Shown here: positions 24,842-30,199 of the stretch, in pieces
Position numbering within the stretch: position 1 is the first letter of the stretch
Layout of the letters: each line of letters starts with the position of its first letter
Assembly: GCA_965662895.1 (NCBI GenBank)
Contig: CBFIJH010000017.1
Span: 1-30,199, forward strand
Direction: 5' to 3'
DNA length: 30,199 nt
Source: Candidatus Poseidoniaceae archaeon
GTDB lineage: Archaea; Thermoplasmatota; Poseidoniia; Poseidoniales; Poseidoniaceae
Notes under the pieces: generated by a model
The model's input: only the letters and a program-made list of their open reading frames with translations
Databases searched by the model: none
Told to the model about the DNA's origin: nothing
Translations under genes and position numbers: made by a program

Positions 24842-27216
24842 AGGACTTGAACACGCTCTTGTTACGACGTTTGTCGCGTAGTTTAATGCGCACCAAACTG
24901 CGTATTCTTACAGTGGTTCTGCTGATCACAATCTCGGTCTATGCAGGCATCGTATTCTCGGAACATTCCAGGAATGCTGACCGCGTTTACGATGATTTCT
25001 ATGCTGAAACGAATTTTGCTGATCTTATGGCAACAAGTTACGATGTTGTCCACAAAGACAACCTCACCAACGCATGTGCCTCCATCGATCATCAAGGTTG
25101 TGAATCCAGTCTCATTCTTTCAGGACAATCACGAACCTCGAGCGAATGGATTGCATCAAAGTTCTATGGAATTGAACAAGGCGAAGTCAATACCTTGTGG
25201 ACGGTTGAAGGAGATTCAACACCCTCTGCTGGCGAAGTTCTTGTTGATGCCCACTTTGCCTTGAACGATGAAATCAACATGAAACTCGGCGATAGCTTCG
25301 AAATTCTTGTTGGTGAAGGTGGTGTTCAAACCTTCACTGTCGTCGGATTTGTCAACAGCCCATTGGAATTGTTTTATGCCAATCCTGATTCAATTCTGCC
25401 CCAAGAATCGAGTTATGTTGTCGCCTATTTTGATGTTGAAGTACTGGCAGACGCATCTGGAAACGACGCTTTTGCCCGGAACACGCTGAACATCGATTTG
25501 GTCGGCACGCCGAACTTTGATTTGAGCAATACCGAAGAAAACGAAGGCGTTGAATTGCAGCGAACAAAAGACGCTCTCCAACAGGCGATGAATGAATCTG
25601 AAGCAGATGGATACGTTCTCGATCGCGGTCAACTCAGTGCTGAATTGCTGCGTTTGGACAAAGACAGTTTGTCCAATTCAATTCCGTTCATTTTAGGAAT
25701 TCTTTTGTTCATTAGTGGCCTTGTGATTGCGGTCTCACTCGATCGATTGATTCGAACACAATCCCGTGAAATCGCAGTGTTAAGAACCATCGGTGCTTCA
25801 ACAGGTGACGTCATGACAGGGTACTTGTTGGTACCACTGGTCCTTGGCGTTCCAGGGGTTTTGCTCGGAATTCTGCTGGGTATTTCTTCGATCGGTTCGG
25901 GTGCATTCACAGCCTTTTACTTCTCATTCCTCGGCATACCCGTGGTAACGACGCATCACTATCTCGACATCATTGCAACCATCTCACTTTCCGCCTTGTT
26001 CATCACCTTCTTGTTTGGTATTCGTCCAGCCTGGAAGGCTGCTCGACTGCAACCACTCGACATTCTGGGTCAAGGTTCGGACAAAAAACCAAACCGGATT
26101 CTGACAAAAATTACCTCAGCGTTTCCTCCTGGTATTGGTCTTGGTCTGCGCTCGACCTTCCGCAAGCCTGCTCGTTTGCTTGCAACCTTGCTCGCCCTTT
26201 CGCTCGCTATGGTGATTCTCGGAGGCAACATGATGTTTGTTGCAGGGTTCACTGGAGCCTTTTCAGAAGCGACCGATGCTCAAGAAAACTGGGAATACCA
26301 AATCGCTGCCTTCCCATCTGGACTTGAGAACATCACGGAATGGGCACAAGAAAACACAACGTCGTTTGAGCTAACGTTGGTCGCACAAGCAACCATCAGC
26401 GGTACAACCAAAGCAATTGACCTCAAAGGCAACGATGTTCTTTCTGAAAACGACGATGCATTGCATCGATTAAATCTGCTTCAAGGTGGACTCCCGGTTT
26501 TAGGACAAACACCTGTTCAAGGCATTTTGGATGAGGGATCAGCGGAACTTGAAGGATACGCTGTGGGAGATACCATCAGCATCGAATTTGAGGGCGAGCA
26601 GCATACCATCGAAGTTGTAGGTATCGCTCGAGAGCTTAGCAGATCGATCTACATGCATCGAACCGATGCACAACCGATTGTCGGTGAAGAAGCAAACGGA
26701 GCACTGCTCGTGACCAAAGATGGAGCGAGCATCGAGGACATTCGATTCTCAACCGTTTCAATTGTTGAGAAAGAAATCATGGTTGCAACGTTTGAAGAAC
26801 TGATTGAACAACAAAAAGCAATCATGCAATCCATCTACGTTCTTGGAGCATTGATGGCCATTGCGATTCTCTTCAACACATTGCTCATCAATCTGAGCGA
26901 ACGTGATGCAGAACTCGCCACACTACGCGTTCTTGGCGCCAGCCGAACGCGCTTGGCGATCATCCTAACCGTTGAACACATGTTCATCGGTCTCGTTGGT
27001 GGATTTGCGGGAGCGCTCGCAAGCGTTGGATTCTACTCCGGTGTTGCAGGCGTATCCTCTACCTGGGTGTTCCATATTCCTGTCGTCATAGACTACACTG
27101 TTTTCTCGCAAATCATCGGCTTCGTTTTGTTTGCGGCATTGTTGACAACACCCGTCGGCGTGTACCGAATCGGTCGCATGAACCTGCTCGAAGTTGTCGC
27201 TCGACACGAGCGATGA
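24838..27216 (+). CDS. ABC transporter permease, duplicated FtsX/MacB type
   Basis: Two halves with REIAVLRTIGAS and ELATLRVLGAS motifs and large extracytoplasmic loops; GTGA overlap with the ATPase gene. Confidence 0.92.
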   Translation: MKDLNTLLLRRLSRSLMRTKLRILTVVLLITISVYAGIVFSEHSRNADRVYDDFYAETNFADLMATSYDVVHKDNLTNACASIDHQGCESSLILSGQSRTSSEWIASKFYGIEQGEVNTLWTVEGDSTPSAGEVLVDAHFALNDEINMKLGDSFEILVGEGGVQTFTVVGFVNSPLELFYANPDSILPQESSYVVAYFDVEVLADASGNDAFARNTLNIDLVGTPNFDLSNTEENEGVELQRTKDALQQAMNESEADGYVLDRGQLSAELLRLDKDSLSNSIPFILGILLFISGLVIAVSLDRLIRTQSREIAVLRTIGASTGDVMTGYLLVPLVLGVPGVLLGILLGISSIGSGAFTAFYFSFLGIPVVTTHHYLDIIATISLSALFITFLFGIRPAWKAARLQPLDILGQGSDKKPNRILTKITSAFPPGIGLGLRSTFRKPARLLATLLALSLAMVILGGNMMFVAGFTGAFSEATDAQENWEYQIAAFPSGLENITEWAQENTTSFELTLVAQATISGTTKAIDLKGNDVLSENDDALHRLNLLQGGLPVLGQTPVQGILDEGSAELEGYAVGDTISIEFEGEQHTIEVVGIARELSRSIYMHRTDAQPIVGEEANGALLVTKDGASIEDIRFSTVSIVEKEIMVATFEELIEQQKAIMQSIYVLGALMAIAILFNTLLINLSERDAELATLRVLGASRTRLAIILTVEHMFIGLVGGFAGALASVGFYSGVAGVSSTWVFHIPVVIDYTVFSQIIGFVLFAALLTTPVGVYRIGRMNLLEVVARHER

Positions 27217-27250
27217 TAAGATTTGAAAAGCATCACTTTGAGGCGGGCCC

Positions 27251-27652
27251 ATGCAACGGGTCATCGTTTCCATTTCGCTCATTCTCATCCTCTTCACTGC
27301 AGGTTGTACATCGTCATCCGAGAACTGGGAACGGGTCGATGTCGAAACGTTTGAAGCATCCATTGAATCCAATCCAAATGCGCTACTCCTTGATGTTCGG
27401 ACCCAAACCGAATGGGAGCAAGACGGGCATCTTGAGAACGCAACGTTGATCCCACATTCGGACTTAGAATCTCGATCGGATGAATTGCCTGAAGACAAAA
27501 ACGAGCTTATCTTGTTGTACTGTCGAAGCGGCAACCGTTCACAAGATGCAGCGAACACGCTTCTGGACTTGGGCTACACCAACATCGTTGAACTCAAGAC
27601 AGGTATCAATGGCTGGAAGAATGCCGACAAGCCGGTTTTGTATGGTGAGTGA
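27251..27652 (+). CDS. Rhodanese-domain lipoprotein
   Basis: Lipobox FTAGC; LLDVRT..EW..GHL and YCRSGNRS active loop. Confidence 0.9.
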   Translation: MQRVIVSISLILILFTAGCTSSSENWERVDVETFEASIESNPNALLLDVRTQTEWEQDGHLENATLIPHSDLESRSDELPEDKNELILLYCRSGNRSQDAANTLLDLGYTNIVELKTGINGWKNADKPVLYGE

Positions 27653-27654
27653 TT

Positions 27655-27966
27655 ATGTTTTCGTTCCTGAAATCGTTGTTCTCAAAAGGTCCGTCTCTGA
27701 CAGAAATTTTTGAGAAGAATCCCCACATTGTCGATGTTCGAACGGTTCAAGAATTTCGTTCTGGACACGTGAAAGGCTCGCAGAACATCCCACTCGATCA
27801 AATCAAGAACAACCTTACCAAGTTGTCAAAAAAGAACGTGCCAATCGTTTTGTGTTGTGCATCTGGGATGCGAAGTGGGAGGGCAACTCGGATTCTCCGA
27901 AAGCATGGTCTTGAAGCGTACAATGGAGGCAGTTGGCAGCAGGTCAATCAAACCCTCAAACGCTGA
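27655..27966 (+). CDS. Single-domain rhodanese (sulfurtransferase)
   Basis: VDVRT..EF..GHVKGSQNIPL, CCASGMRS and NGGSW; GGTGAG SD favours ATG at 27655 (alternative GTG at 27649). Confidence 0.9.
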   Translation: MFSFLKSLFSKGPSLTEIFEKNPHIVDVRTVQEFRSGHVKGSQNIPLDQIKNNLTKLSKKNVPIVLCCASGMRSGRATRILRKHGLEAYNGGSWQQVNQTLKR

Positions 27967-27970
27967 CTGA

Positions 27971-30177
<2,207 letters not shown>

Positions 30178-30199
30178 TCCAATTCAAATAAGAACGATG

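Overview
Gene-dense archaeal chromosomal segment, most likely Marine Group II Euryarchaeota (Poseidoniales). This assignment is an inference from the archaeal uL1/uL10(P0)/P1 stalk operon, an intron-containing tRNA-Tyr, a PGF-CTERM protein, Asp-rich TSP3-repeat surface proteins, a photolyase-family gene and katG. About 28 CDS plus one tRNA; no mobile element or CRISPR array was seen. The most notable signal is the ribosomal operon at 19.1-21.6 kb. Its uL11 gene encodes only the C-terminal rRNA-binding domain, with an in-frame stop just upstream and its own SD and TATA. A uL1-operator-like hairpin precedes rpl1, and a structured inverted-repeat region follows rpl12. Other items worth checking: an atypical photolyase/cryptochrome, a membrane-anchored carboxypeptidase T-like enzyme with Ca-loop insertions coupled to an NSS transporter, a CxCH/reeler-like TSP3 surface protein next to a MacB/FtsX-type ABC system, and a possible membrane pseudokinase. 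All family assignments come from motif recognition by eye; no database search was run.
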